DNA of 64,000 nucleotides from the human T2T-CHM13v2.0 reference genome, Homo sapiens (GCF_009914755.1 NC_060926.1); one strand, 5' to 3'. Positions 1 through 19,626 are shown, counted from the stretch's first letter. Program-made: numbers and translations. The notes: generated by a model not told the origin, from the letters alone.

Positions 1-24
1 AAGCGTGAGCCACTGCACCCAGCC
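1..24 (-). mobile_element. Alu 5' end fragment
   Basis: gcgtgagccactgcacccagcc is the reverse complement of an Alu start. Confidence 0.75.
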
Positions 25-177
25 AACTGTCCTGTTCTCAACAACTAATGTAAACCCTGCAGCACAGATTCCGAGGCCGGTTTCGCTTGAGGCGGTCACA
101 CGGCAAGGGCACCTGCTGGCAGGGTCCCTGGGCCCTCAGCACAGAGCCTCTCTCTAGGAGCTACCAGCCGGAGAATA

Positions 178-745
178 CAGTCCCTCCGCATTATTTGCAG
201 ATTCCAAATTTGTGACTTCACCTCGAAAATCAGTACTTGGAGCACCTCCGCCATTATCTGCGGACAGGCGCAGAATGGGGAAAAATCGGAGTCACCTGAT
301 ACCCAGGTCCACAGCTGAGCTGGTAAAGCTGACAACGGCCCTCTTGTTTCCACTCTCCTGCCGTAAACAGGGTCTTTTTCAAGGTCTATTTAGGGCCACG
401 CATTTCACACTTTTTGTGCTTTTGTTGGTGATTTTGCTATTTAAAACGGCCCCAAAGCACAGTGTTGCCGTTCTGGCTGTGCTGCCCTCACGAGGAACAG
501 GTGTGGTGGAGAAGCTCCACTCAGGAATGGGGGACAGTGTTCCCGGCCACAGCTCGTTAACAATGTCAGTGAATCAACAATGTACAGAAACAAAGTGTCC
601 TTCAACAGGAATGCACGCGAAACAGGAGGATTTGAAAAAACTTTTGTGGCCACAGATATAGCCCTGCGAGTCCTCTAGAAGCGAGACAGGCCGAGCCCTC
701 TTTTATTCAGCATTCTGGGGCTCTGCAGAACAGGACCACCATGGC
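178..745. mobile_element. Tigger4/Zombi-type TcMar DNA transposon remnant
   Basis: Matches recalled Tigger4 motifs (cattatttgcagattcc; ggtctatttagggccacg...ttgttggtgattttgctatttaaaacggcccc; gaatcaacaat). Confidence 0.6.
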
Positions 746-1344
746 TAACCAGGCTCCGCCCCGGGGAACAGCAGGCAGGGCGCTGGGCTGGCTGCTCTGT
801 GAGCTCCTCCCAGTGCGGGCCCGGTGTGACTATGGGTCTGGTAAGAACAGCTGACTGTGAGGCAGAGACCAAACAAGACACAGACAAGCCACACGGTGCG
901 AACTGTCAGAACCTGGGATAAAGACAGAGCTGGCAAATAAACATACATGACAGGCACAAACGCTAGATGGTTTGGCTCTCAGGGCATACCGAAAATCAAA
1001 CCATTTGCAGAAAAAACAAATTGTAAGAATCAAAATGCAGTCACTCAGCAAAGAAACATGAGCACTTACACAGGCTGTATTTCCACCATCCCGGGGTCAG
1101 AGACGGTGCCTTCAGCCCCTGACCCTCCCTTCAGCCCTCCCTCCTGACCCATTACAGGCTCCCCAACGAAGGTGCATTCTATATTAGTCCTGTAGTAAGT
1201 CAGTCACCACTGCTCAGCTACAGAGAACATCCATCCGCAGGATAATATGAACAGGGGCCAGGAAGAAAACACAACAGGGAAAGCCCACCGTAGGCCAACC
1301 ACCATCCCTGGTGCAGATCAAAACCTCCCAGAATGTTCCTACAG

Positions 1345-1512
1345 CAGGGTGGGGGAGGGGGGTGAGGGATAAAAGTCTACACGTTGGATACAGTGTACAC
1401 CACTCGGGTGATGGGTGCACCCAAATCTCAGAATTCACCACTAAAGAACTTATTCATGTAACCAAACACCACCTGTTCCCCAAAAATCTACTGAAATTTT
1501 TTTTAAAAAAAG
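1345..1512 (+). mobile_element. Old L1 (L1PB/L1MA-type) 3' end
   Basis: gtacaccactcgggtgatgggtgcacccaaatctcagaattcaccactaaagaacttattcatgtaacc followed by an A/T tail. Confidence 0.75.
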
Positions 1513-2938
1513 ATTTCTCTAGAAATGTGCCGTAAAAACAATCTAGACAGACACACACAAAAATGCATGCAATCACATTTTGGAAATATTGTTTGCAGGA
1601 GCAGAAAAGTAGAAACAAAGAAATGACCCATAATAAAAATTCTGTTAGGCAGATTTGGTCATTTCAAACAAATACTGTGTGGTCATTAACAATGATGATG
1701 GAGGCCTCTAATTATTGAACAGACACACAATCATAATATATTCCCAGATTTTAAAACCATACAAAGTGCATTATAGAGCAGAACATGTATCATGACCCAA
1801 TTTTTGAAAATAGATACATGACAGATAAATATTAACAGGTAGACAAATACTGCTACGTACTACACACGCCTGAATGCTTCTGTGTGTGTGCATCTGAGAA
1901 CAAAGCCCAGCTAATGTTTCTCCTGAATGACAGCAATGTGAGTAATTTGTTTCATTTTGTTCCTGTTTATTTTTAAATTTTTCTAACATGAACATGTGTA
2001 ACTTGCATAAAAATATTTTAAAAATATGTTGTAAAAGAAAGCTGGATGATGCAATTAGTGGGTAAAAGAGCAGGCATCATAATTCTTAGCTTACAGCTTG
2101 TGGAGAAAAAGCTGCTGAGCCCTTGTGGCAAACAGGCCTGGCAGATTATACCCCTCTGTGTGCCCAACCAAACTCCACACCTACAAGAGGTGAACAGGGA
2201 TGGGCAGTTGAGGGGTCCTGGGAGAGAAGGCAGTGGGGCAACTTTCCAAAGCTCTTACAAATTCATACACAACTTTAGAATTGCGCTAAGTAAACAGGAA
2301 GAGCCGGGGCTCCTTGGCTAAAGGGCAGCACCGCAGTCAGGCTCAGGGTATGGCGGACGGCCCAGCCACAGGCAGGGGAGGAGGCATGGTTTACATCTGA
2401 GTAAAACCACTTAAACATCCAGCTCCTGGTCCCCAGAAGCCAATGATCCAGGCTGAGAATTAGGGATTCCTGCTGGCTTCCTTCTAAGCCTCCACTGGTG
2501 ACCCATTACTTCTCTAATTACCCAGGGCACATGTGAGGTCAAACCCAAATCTGTCCCATCCCTTAGAGAAAAGTCTTCAGTTAAGCAACTAGATTACAAG
2601 CAATCCGGCTGTGACCTATGGTTCCAGTCGCTGAAACCATTCTACCCTTAGCGCAATAATCACACTGGGCCATGATGCATAAACAAACTGCCTTTAATCC
2701 CCAAATGATAACAAAATGCTTCCTGTGAGAAGAGGAGGGAGAGAGTTTTAAAACTATCTGTGGTAGTACTTGCTACAGCCCACATTAGAAGCTGGGTTGG
2801 GAGGTGGTAAAATCACTGTAAGTCCCAGAACACAGAAGCAAGCAAAGGGAATATCAACATCACAGACCTCTCTGAAAAGTGATAAGCAGGCAGAGCTGCT
2901 CCATCCTTGCCAACAGAACACTGTTGAGAGCGCGTGCG

Positions 2939-2964
2939 CACACACACACACACACACACACACA
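2939..2964. repeat. (CA)n microsatellite
   Basis: About 13 CA units, preceded by gcgtgcg. Confidence 0.95.
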
Positions 2965-3764
2965 TGAACTAGCGAGAGGAAGTTTTAAGAGAGCGAGCAA
3001 TAATTGTGTGCTATTAAACTTTGGGACAGCTATGGCAAAAACTGAGAAGCTCACGGTCCACTTCCACTTCCTGGACAGGCAGCTGACCTCCGCATCCCAG
3101 CACCCTTGCATCTGGGTTGAGACGTGTGCTGTCTCTCCAGTGCGCTGGGAGCAGAAACAGCGCATCAGCTCCGAGCAGGTGGGAGCAGAGAGCCTTCACA
3201 TAACCTCCTCTCTCCCCTTCCGTGACAGCTTCGAGGCCAGGGATGGATGATGGTGGAGCTTCAGGCGGGGCACAGCTGGGATCCTTGGGTCAATGTCAGA
3301 GCAAACATGTTCTTACCAAGCCAGACTAAACAGCTTGGCTTGTGACAACTACTCACCTCTGCCTCTGCCAGAAGTGGGCAGCCACAGACGAAATGGAGAC
3401 AGATCGGCCTGACACATCCCACAGAGCTCAGGCACAAAACACGCAGCTATCCCAAGGCTTAGAGCTGAGCCTCCAGTGAAGAGCTGCCCAGCCAAGAACA
3501 TTTGCATGGGGTTTTGTGTGAGTGGGGCAGGAACTCACACTGTTTTAAGGCACTGAGGTTCTGCCATTGTTCAGGACACCAACTAAAGCCGAATGGCCCT
3601 GACTAAGGCAACAGCATTCCAAAGACAGATGGAGAACACCAGGATTGAGTCATTTTCATCTTTTCTTAAATTTGAGCTTGGGAATGTGAATGTGGTCATT
3701 ATTTTATGATGTTATTTATTTTACCACACCTGCTTGCAGAAGAATTCAGAGATGTCTGCTTTAG

Positions 3765-5860
<2,096 letters not shown>

Positions 5861-5862
5861 AA

Positions 5863-8273
<2,411 letters not shown>

Positions 8274-8276
8274 CAA

Positions 8277-8525
8277 GCCAGCCACATGGCTCACAGCTGT
8301 AATCCCAGGGCTTCAAGAGGCCAAGGTGGGAGGACTGCTTGAAGCCAGGAGTTGAAGACCAGCCTGGGCAAATAGCAAGACTCCATCTCCACAAAATAAA
8401 AAATTAAAAAGAAATTTAAAAAAAAAAATCCAGGCATGGGGGCACGTGCCTATAGTCCCAGCTACTCAGGAGTAGCTAAAAGTAGGAGGCTAAGGCAGGA
8501 GGATTACTTGCACCTTGGAGGCGGA
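8277..8525 (+). mobile_element. Alu (AluJ-like, 3'-truncated)
   Basis: Diverged left arm, A-rich linker and partial right arm. Confidence 0.85.
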
Positions 8526-9275
8526 TGTCAAAACTCAGCAAGCCTACTTTAAGTATGTGCCCTTTTAAAATGTCAATTATGTCTGATAAGAGTTTTGTTA
8601 TCTCATGTGGACAAAGGTCAAATCAGGTAACAGTCACTGGTCAAGCCTCTCCTTCTGATTTAACTGTAGAACAAAAGACAGATGCTCCCGAAGGCTCCTC
8701 CTAAAGCCTCCAAAGCTCTGCAGGGCTCAGCATACAACAGCCCGGTAGGACAGAGTGTGTGGGGCTGACCGCAGCCTGCTTTCCCGTAAACACCCTGCCC
8801 TGGTGCTCCGGGCTGCTCAGATGTGCAGGGCATCTGGACAGGAGCAGGGCATGAACCCTGCTTTCCACGGGCAGATGACGCAGGAGGCAGTCAGATCTGG
8901 AATAAACAAGACACCAGAACACCCAAGGCCCTCAGACGCCCGGAGGACGGCTGCCATTCTTCACCTCGGGCCTCCGGGCTAGTCTCCTTGGAGTTCTGTG
9001 TCTCCCATCCTCTTAGCTTGAAACAGGAGGGAAAGCAACATCCTCCAGAATAAAGAAACCAATGAACACAGCAGTGATGACTGATCTCGTGTCTACGCCA
9101 GGATAATCTAACCCACGAAACAGCGGACAGTCTACTCATGGTTTTTGTTCGTTTTTGTCAGCTTCAGTTTACATTGCATGAGTAATCATTCCACTGAGAC
9201 ATCTTTTAGATTTACTATTTTGCTGTGGCCTTTTGGATCTGAAGAGAAATTAGATGGGGAAAAACATAATGCCTA

Positions 9276-9574
<299 letters not shown>

Positions 9575-10279
9575 TAATGCCTATTTTTCAAAATAAACTT
9601 TAAAACAAAGAAAACAAAAATTACTAGTGTTATGAATTTAGAAAAATATCTATCAACCAGTTGTATTACTTTAGCATCAAAAGAAGCATGCAGCCACCCA
9701 CTAACATATGTGTGCTAAGTCACATGCAGGTGGTCTGGAAGCAGGCAGAGTTTAACAATTCAACCATCCAGCCTTGATCCTGGGGAGCTACTGGCCCACA
9801 TAGAGAGATACCACTAACATATAAAATGTCCTGATCGGCTATTTAAGCATCAAACATGGTAAAGTTGGTCTTCTCTTAAATTGAATTCCCTCAAAAAAGG
9901 TACTTTTAAATAAATCACATTTTCTTCTGAACCCCAAAAGCATATGGAACTATCACTATTAAAATAATTAGTAAACCTGGGCGTTGGGAAGTACGAGAGA
10001 GCTCACATGTTGGTCACTAAAGACCAGAGGCCAGCATTAGCTTCTCAGCTCCAGACCCTGAGTAGGAGCGGGGAAGATCTCTGTACTCCTGAGAGATCAC
10101 TCGATTCCCAGCCCTGAGTTCCCCTCCCAGAGCACTGATGTGGGCCGGGCAGGACTGCATGCATTTGCATCTATTTTAGCTTCTTACTGTCAAGCGCAAA
10201 GGAAAAACACCTGGATTCTCCAATCAGAAAGGTATTTATCTCATAATAAGCCAATGGGAATCAGCATAATGCAAGTTGA

Positions 10280-10732
<453 letters not shown>

Positions 10733-13700
10733 TAAAAAGGCCCAAGTTTTACCCCAGGTAAGGGGCCCTCATCAGCTTCTGGCCAGTGTGTTCCGGGAAG
10801 ATCAGATGCCTTCCATGGCCCCGGAAGGTAGTCATGCGCTCCAGACCCAGTGGCAAGGCCTCCTGTCCACTCATGGACGTCTTGAAAACTGGCGTGCCAC
10901 ACAGACCATCTGGTCCATTAAGACAATTCCCCAAACTTCTGCTTGTGCACTGAGTCACGCATTCTCTTTTCACCGGACTTAGCTCTGTCGGAAGGGAACT
11001 ATACAGCTGCCAATCATCAGCAACTAGGGAAACTGAGTCAGAACAACAGAGAAGCAAGCCAAGTCACCCACGCTGGGGAGAAAACGATAGAATATCACAG
11101 CATGTCGACCCTGGATCAAGCCACGCTTGAAGCTGGAGCTGCCCCTGGATTCAGAGTCATAGAGAAGGATATGCTTTCTTTTTACAACTATTTCCTTGAC
11201 ATATGAAAAAACACAGAGGAGGAAGGCAAGTTCTAACAATAGAAGAGCTCAATTACTCTGACTTCCTAACAAGAGAAAGCACTTTCCAGACACGTGGCAC
11301 TCATGTAGTCACATACTAGTTTTCAAAGGTTAAAGTCATGGTGAGAGCCTAAGGGTCTCACATACTCCCTGGATGGCAAACTGGACATCCCAGGAAAGGT
11401 CCCAACACACACTGTCTTGGGGATGGGCCCTCTCTAAGCTTATTTTGAACACTGAAGATTTTCCTCTTCTGGCCACAGAACACAGAGAGCTCTGAAGATC
11501 AGCCGCCTCCCAGGCTCCCACGCTGAGAAAATGTTTGGTCCGCCCACCACCTTGCAAAGATAAATTATCAACATCTAAATGTTTTAAGTATCTCTATGGT
11601 ACTTTTCAAATGTATTTGCGTGGCAATAATAAAGTCTTTGACTCTGTTGTGCCAACAAACATGAGCATCATCTGTTCTATGGAAGGCAAACACTGACACT
11701 AGCACCTGCAGGACTGTCCCAGCAGATGCATCTGCACATCCCGCATAGGGCGGAGAGGCCCCAGGCTCCCACTCACACCCGGGACCACTGCAGTCTCCTG
11801 CCCAAAGGAGGAGAGGCCTGGCATCCCGGGACCGCGGGTACTCCCAGAAGACGCAGTCAGATGTGAGGGAACTTCCCGGGAGCAGGAGGGTGCAGAGGAG
11901 GAGGAGGGCATGGGAAGTGCTGAGGGTGGACAGCCAGGGAGTCCCCGGCAGGCGGGCCCCTCTGCAGCACCAGCCAGCCGGCTCCCTGAGTGCCAGGCAA
12001 CAAACACCCTGTGACCTCTATCTGCGTGTGAGGAGGAGAGGTCCTCTCCGAAAGGCAGCCAGTTCTCCAAGGGAGGTCAGGGAAGCTCCAAGGATGAACC
12101 TCGGGACCCATGTGACTCACTCAGGCGACGCAGTCTCCTAGACACAGGAAGTCAGTTAAAAGGCCCAAACACCCACTCCCACCTATGGACTATGAGCCCA
12201 TAGACTCCCAGAGCCCCCAGAGGGCCTGGGGGGCCTGCAGGCGGGAGGAGACCCACAGAGCAGCAACACTGGAACCTTCTGCTCATGTGAACACAGGCGG
12301 GAGGTGGGCTGGTCCACTCAGTCCAGACCACCAAGAGTGCAGGGTCCCAAGCACTGTGCGCCCTTTCCCCATACCCCGTCCCACCAGGACTGCACACACC
12401 TGGGGTCATCTTACCACTCCCAGGAAGCCCCCTGACTCTCTGGGGGCCCCACTGGACTGGGGATTCCATGAGGGCAAGATTCCGGTCTCGTTTTCTGTGG
12501 GTGGCCCAACACCCAGCACACGGCGTGGGCCTAACACCCAGCAGATGGTGAGAAAAACTGAGAATGAGGAGCAGCTGTCTGGAGATTCTGCAGGAGAGGA
12601 GGCCCCGCCCTGGCTGCCATGCGCCTGCCTGTGGTTTCTCTGCAATGCGACCTCCCTGAGCCCACCCCAAGCTCCACATGCCCAGACCCCTCCAATGTCA
12701 GGGTTTCTGTCACAGAACTGCAGTTTGGGACAACTCATGGCTTTGCAGCGGCCTGGACTGTGGTGAGGATGTTAGTTTTGATGAATCCATGACCATAGCC
12801 TCAACCGTGGCGGCTCCAGGGAAGAGAGGAAGGCAGGACAGGAGGAGGGCGTGGAGGGCCTAGCTCCAGTGTGTCCAGCCAGCACCCTAGCGGCGTGACC
12901 GTGAAGAAGAATGTTTCAAATGTGACCTCCCCAAAAAGCCTGGGGTTGAGAGGAGGAAAGGAAGGGGCGTACAACGGCATACTTTATCTTTAATACTAGC
13001 TTTGAACTACCATTGTGATGAACTTCTATTGTGTTGGGTACAGAATGATTCTGTATTCAAAAACCAACCATTTCTACACAGCTGAACTAAGTAAGGCCTC
13101 CAGAGGGGAGGCGCTCTGCAGGAGACCCAGCAGCAAGGCCAAACCGCCAACCGAGCAGCACAGGGCGCGGGCTCCTGCCATTCCAGAGCTCCCTTCACAC
13201 TTGCAGCTGAGGGAGCTCAAAGGTCGATCCAAACTGAGTCACGGATGGGCTTATTCCACTGTTTTCCAAAGCCCCCAAGCCACAAATCAGACAACCCAGT
13301 ATCAGACCCGCTTAAACACACTCCTGGAGCATTTGAGGGGAAGGAGCAATAAGATGTTTTCCAATGGCTCTGATTTAATCTTTTGGGGGACTGGGATGGA
13401 GGTGAGTCTCTAAAAGCAAAGGGACGGTGTGATGGTTGGATGAGCCAACTAACTTTGGGGCAGGTTTTTTTTTAAATTTTCATATATAGTATATTCCCAA
13501 TTTCTACCAAAAAATTGTAATAGAAAATAATCACATATACATGAGAGCACAGTCCTGGGAGAAAGCCGAAAGTGGACATGAAATGTTGCTTCACGTGTAG
13601 CATGTATCATGTAGAACTGTGTCATCTCAAGCAACAGCCTACCAGACCATGCCCCCAGAGACCCCTCAACAGGATATCCCCGCAGAATAGGTCTCCCTCT

Positions 13701-15365
13701 TCCCTCAGTCCCTGCCTCCCCAGGCTGCACTCACTAGCGCTCGCTCATGACACCTGTCCACTGTGCCTAGGTCCGCACAGCTACACCCTCACGTTCTCCC
13801 AGGAGACACGGGACTTGCTAAAAATCACGCGGCTGCAATGCATCCAGCCAGGACTCCATTCTGGCCACCAGCGCTACGCTCCTCCTCTTGGCCACAGGAA
13901 TAGCGTCAGGAGCTGCGCTTCTCTCCCAGAGCTTCTGTTTCCACCGCCAGAAAATGGGTATGTTCATTTCTCCAGTAAAGTGTTTAGTTCTATAAGGGAT
14001 TCGATCAACTTAACAGCTACCAGTCTACCTGCCTCACAGAATCAACGTGACTCAACAGCGACATTTCGAAGTATCACTGAAGACTGCAAAAACCCCTGAA
14101 AGTTTAAGATAGAAATGGATGCAAATGTACCCTATGAGGAAGTGTTGTGCGAGTGGACGATGATGTCACCCGTCTACTCTCAGCTCCTTTTTCAAATTCG
14201 GTGAGGCGTTTGTGGACGAGCACACCATGCAAAGCGGAGCAGAGGACCCCATGTGTGTCCTACGACACTTATTTTAACATGTTATTTTCAACAAGCAATT
14301 AATATTCCGGGGCAAAACATACCGCAAGCTTTATGAAACTGACCAGATGGGAAAAATCTTTGAGGTGCCATTTTTCCACTGGCTCAGCAAGAATTACATT
14401 ATCCAGACCCAGGGAAACCTCACCCGGCTCCATTCTAAAAGTCCACTGCTGTTGAGTGAGATGCCCCCGAGTCGTCCGGCCTGGGCTGACCATTCACGGG
14501 CTCTGGAAAGAAAGCCTTGGTCTCTCTGCGGAGGAGGAGAGGAACTCGCGCCCCCGCCCCGCCCCAGGGCCTCCAGGAAGCAGCCTGCAAACTCGGCGAC
14601 CCCTGGGAGCCGTGGTCTGTCCCAGCACTTTGTTTCGGAGGTAGGCGCACTGGCCGCCCACTTCCTGAATTGTTCACTCAATTTTTTTACAACTTTTGCA
14701 GACTCTTTGCTGGTGCCAAAAAGTCCTCTGGCTCAGCTAAGAAACGTGAAAACTATTTTTGGCATGCAGAAAAGTCGCTACAGGACTAAATTAGAGTCGG
14801 CGCCTGAAACGCAGCCCGCGTTCACAGATCCCGAAAATGTTGAATCCGACTCGCTTCAGAACACAGGAGGCCTGCAGCGAACTCTGGCGGCATCTCGGTA
14901 CCTGGAGCCGCGGGGCGGAGGGATGGGGATTCCTGCTGTGGAGACCGTGACGCGGGACGGCCCGCAGGACAGGGTGTCAACCCCAACGCAACGCATCCGG
15001 TTAAACGTATAGCGCAACTGCGAACACGCTCGCGTGGATTAGAAGCGAAAGAAGAGAAATGCCCGAGGCAGAAACCCGCTCTGAGTCCCGGCTCCATCTA
15101 GACCCGGGCTGCCCCGAGACTACCGCGCGGCCCCTCTCGGGAACCCCGGCCGCCCGGCTCGCTCCGGGCGCAGGAAAAGCCCCTGAGAAGCGCGGGGCCC
15201 CCAGGACACCCCAGGAGAGGACGCTCCGGGCAGATGCGGGGGCACTGGGAGCGGGGGCGCCGCGGCTGCGGGAACTGAGGCTCCTCTGGGGAGGCTTCCC
15301 CGGCGCGGGGGGATGGGGTGGGCACTGCGCTCCAAGGGGCGGGGGAGGGGGAGAGGGCGGAGGCT

Positions 15366-15490
15366 GGGGGAGGAGAAGGAAGGGGGGGAGGAGGAGGGGA
15401 AGGGAGGAGGAGGAGGAAGGGGAGGAGGAGGAGGAAGGGGAGGAGGAGGAGGAAGGGGAGGAGGAGGAGGAAGGGGAGGAGGAAGAGGAG
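15366..15490. repeat. Pure polypurine tract with an 18-bp GAAGGGGAGGAGGAGGAG tandem repeat
   Basis: 125 nt containing only A/G on +, with ~4 copies of the 18-mer. Confidence 0.95.
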
Positions 15491-16008
15491 CGGAGGAGGG
15501 GAGCGAACAGGACGAGGAACGGGGCGGAGGGGGCTGGGAGGACGGAGGGGGCTGCGCCGCGCTCGGGGAGCGGAGGGGGACCGAGGGGTCCTGAGCGGGG
15601 GAAAGGTGAGCGGAGGAGGGGCCGCGAACCAGGGGGAAGCGGGAGGCCGGCGGAGCATGAGAGGGGGCGGCGGGAGGCGAGCGGGGGGAGCCCCGGAGGC
15701 TCCAACAACTTCCCAGTCCTGCGGGGATTCCGAGTTCCGAACAAAGGCGGCTACGAAGGCCGCGCGCACAGCGCTCTGGTCCGCCCCTCGGCGTCTCCCG
15801 CAGGGCGAACAAAGGCCCAGCGGGTCCCCGCGCCCAGGTCCCCCCACGTCCCCCTTCGGAGGTTCCCTTCTGCGTCCCAAGTCCCCAGGCCCCCCGCGCG
15901 CCCGATGCCCCCTCCACCCTCCGCGCCCCCCACCTCCGATCACCCCTGCGCTCCCGGATCTCCACGAAGCCCCGGACCCCGCGCCCCCGGCGTCCCCCGC
16001 GGCACTCA

Positions 16009-16419
<411 letters not shown>

Positions 16420-17321
16420 TCATCCCGGTGGGGCGGCCCGCATGGCCAAGGCGAGCGCTCGGGGGCGCGGAGGAGAGCATTGGCACCCCTGATTCTGCGC
16501 TCGAGACTCGGGGCTCGGGACCCTGGGGCCTACGCGAAGCTTCTCCACTTCTCTTACCCGTGGTTTCTGCCTGCGCTCACTACGGGTTTTTTAGTTGGCG
16601 CCTTAATGTTTGTAACACTTTTAGAGCGCTTGCTCTGATCCGGGCACGATTCCAGGCGCGCAGGCGCGCTCCTCTCTTTCTCCTTCTCCCTACCCGCAAC
16701 CACGTAGGAAATTATTTAACGTTCAAAAAAGCCCCTCATTCCTTTTGAGGAAACTGAGGCCCAAGCCCCAAAGCGCACAGCAAGGGAGTCTGCGGGAAGA
16801 TTAGACCCAGGCGGTCCGGCTCCCCGGGGCCTGTCAGCCACCTGCTCTCTGCCGGCCGCCTGGCTCAGCACAGTTGGGAAAATGAAAGGTCCTGTGTGGA
16901 GTCCTTGGCGCGGCGCAATGCAGCCCCCGGGATTCTCGCGGCCTTCAGTGCGTGCCCTCCTGGGACAGACCTAGGAGGAGACCCAGGGAACCCCCCCCCC
17001 CCCACGTCGGGTGTGTCTAGAGACAGCAGAAGACTTTGGAAAGGAGGGAAGACACTGCGTGAGATACGCACAAAGGTGGCGTTCTCACATAGTTCATACA
17101 TTCTCTCCAATCATCTCACAAGGACCCAGTCTGAATTTCACAGACAAGGAAGGTGAGGCCAAGTTGCTGAACCCAGGCCACAGGGTGACGGTGCCAGATT
17201 CAGAGGCACAGCATGGGCGTGTTCCCGTCGCAAACCCCAAGTCTCAGCTGTGTCCCCGTGCTGGTGTTCTAGCCTGAGCTGCGTTTGAAAGCAGCCTGGA
17301 ATGGGATTGGTGGGTAATAGG

Positions 17322-19626
17322 CTAGTTTCCTGTTGCTATGTTAAAACACAAAAGCAACTACCACGAGACATAGCCCGGAGGTCACAGGTGCATTGCTGAC
17401 CACAGGGCACCATCTAAGGACTGGACCCCCGAGGCTGCTGGCAGGGGGTTCCAGTTCCTTGCCGTGTGGGTCTCCATGGCCTGCACACTGGACATGGCCT
17501 GATGCCTCCCAGAGCAGGTATTAGAAGAAAGAGGAAGAGAATGAGAGTACAACACAGAAGCCAGGGTAAAACCTAACCCAGCCTTGGAACTGGCCCCGCA
17601 TCACACCTGCGGGGTGCATCCTCAGAGGTCGGTGGCTCCCGCTGACATTCCAGATGCCATCTTTCCTGCAGGATTTTATCCACCCTCTACAGCGGATGCA
17701 GCTCACACTCCGGATTCCATTTCTCCTGCAGGATCCTATTCACACACTCCGGTGGGCCCAGCTCACACTGCAGACAACATCTCTCCTGCAGGATACTATC
17801 CACACACAGAAGTGGGTCCAGCTCACACTGCAGACATCTCTCCTGCAAGATCCTATTCACACATTCCAGTGACTCCAGTTCACACTGTAGATGCCAAAAC
17901 TTATGCAGGATTCTATGCACACACACTAGTGGTGCATTTCACACTCCGGATGCCGTATCTTCTGCAGAATCCTGTCCACACATTTCAGTGGGTCCAGTTC
18001 ACGCTCTACATGTGCTCTCTCCTGCGGGCTCCTATCCACACACTCCGGAGGTGCCATTCACACTCTAGATGCCATCTCTCCTGCAGGACGATGTCCACAC
18101 CCTCCAGTGGGTCCAGTTCACACTCTAGAGGACATCACTTTTGCAGGATCCTCTCTACACATTCCACCGGTGCCATTCACACCACAGATGCTGTCTCTTT
18201 GCAGAGTCCTATCCACATGCCCCAGGGCTGCAGCTCACACTGCAGACACCATCACCCCTGCAGTATCCTATCCACACACCTCAGTGGGTCCCATTCACAC
18301 TCCAGAGGCTATCACTTTTGCAGGATCCTATACACACACTTTAATGGGGCCAGCTCACAGTCCAGAAGCCGTTACTCCAGCATGATTCTAGCTACACACC
18401 CCAGTGGCCCAGTTTACACTGCAGATGCCTTGTCTTCTGCAGGATCCTCTCCAGGCACAACAGTGGGTCCAGTTCACACTCCAGTTGCCATCTCTCCTGC
18501 AGGACCCTACCCATACACTCAAGTGGGTCCAGTTCACACTCCAAATGCCATCCACCTGCAGCATCCCAACCTCTCACTCAAGTGGGTGCAGTTCACACTC
18601 CAGTTGCCATCTCTCCTGCAGGACCCTACCCACACACTACAGTGCTCCACTTCACACAGCAGACATCATCACTGCTGAAGGCTGCTGTCCACACAGTCCT
18701 GTGGATGCAGTGCTCACTCCACATGCCATCACTCTTGCAGGATCCTACCCACACACTCGAGGCAGTCCAGATCACACTGCAGATGTCATCACTCCTGCAA
18801 GATGCTATCCATACACTCCAGTGGGTTCGGTTCACACTGCAGATGCCATCTCTCCTCAAAGATCCTGTCTACACATAGCAGTGGTTGAGTTTGGGTCCCA
18901 CCCAAAGATTCCAGTGGGTCCGCTTCCCACTGCACACGCCATCTCACCTGCAGGATTCTCTCCATACACTCCACTCAGTCCAGTTTACATTCTACATGTC
19001 GTCTCTCCTGCAAGATTCTATCCACACACTCGAGTAGGTCCAGCTGAAACTCCATATGCCATCGCCCCTGCGGGATCCTGCGCACACTCTCCAGTGGGTT
19101 CAGATTAGACTCCGGGTGCCATCGCCCCTGCGGGATCCTGCGCACACATTCGAGTGGGTTTAGTTCAGATTCCGATGCCATCACCCCTGCAGGGTCCTGT
19201 CCACGCACTCCAGAGGATTCATTTCAGACTCCGGGTGCCATCGCCCCTGCGGGATCCTGTGCACACACTCCAGTGGGTTCAGATTAGACTCCGGGTGCCA
19301 TCACCCCTGCAGGATCCTGTGCACACACTCCAGTGAGTTCAGCCATCACCCCGCAGGATCCTGTGCACACACGCCAGTGGGTTCAGCCATCACCCCGCAG
19401 GATCCTGTGCACACACACCAGTGGGTCCAGATGCAGATGCCATCACTCCTCCTGGATCCTCTCCACACCCTCCTGTTGTTCCAGCTCACACTGGACGCCA
19501 TCTCTCCTGCTGGATTCCATCCACAGATGCTCTTGCGTCCAGCACATGCCACAGCAGAGCATCAACTGGGAGCGTAAGGAACATGAGACAGAACCACTGG
19601 GGACCATCTTAGAGGCTGCCTACCAC
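17322..19626 (-). mobile_element. MLT1F-like MaLR LTR split by the 60-bp VNTR (arms ~17322-17610 and ~19545-19626)
   Basis: Left arm: cagttccttgccgtgtgggtctccat...gacatggc...cccagagc. Right arm ends ggggaccatcttagaggctgcctaccac, the recalled MLT1F terminus. Confidence 0.65.
17611..19540. repeat. Diverged ~60-bp minisatellite, ~32 units
   Basis: Consensus ~CCAGTGGGTCCAGTTCACACTCCAGATGCCATCTCTCCTGCAGGATCCTATCCACACACT. A more homogeneous sub-array lies at ~19050-19340, followed by shorter ~41-bp units. Confidence 0.95.

Noticed and set aside
17584-19108. 364-aa and 234-aa repetitive ORFs
   Set aside because: They are products of the 60-bp (20-codon) VNTR. Frames shift between units and there is no exon evidence.
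17611-19540. CRISPR-like periodicity
   Set aside because: Whole units repeat with no unique spacers, the context is a eukaryotic genome, and there are no cas genes.
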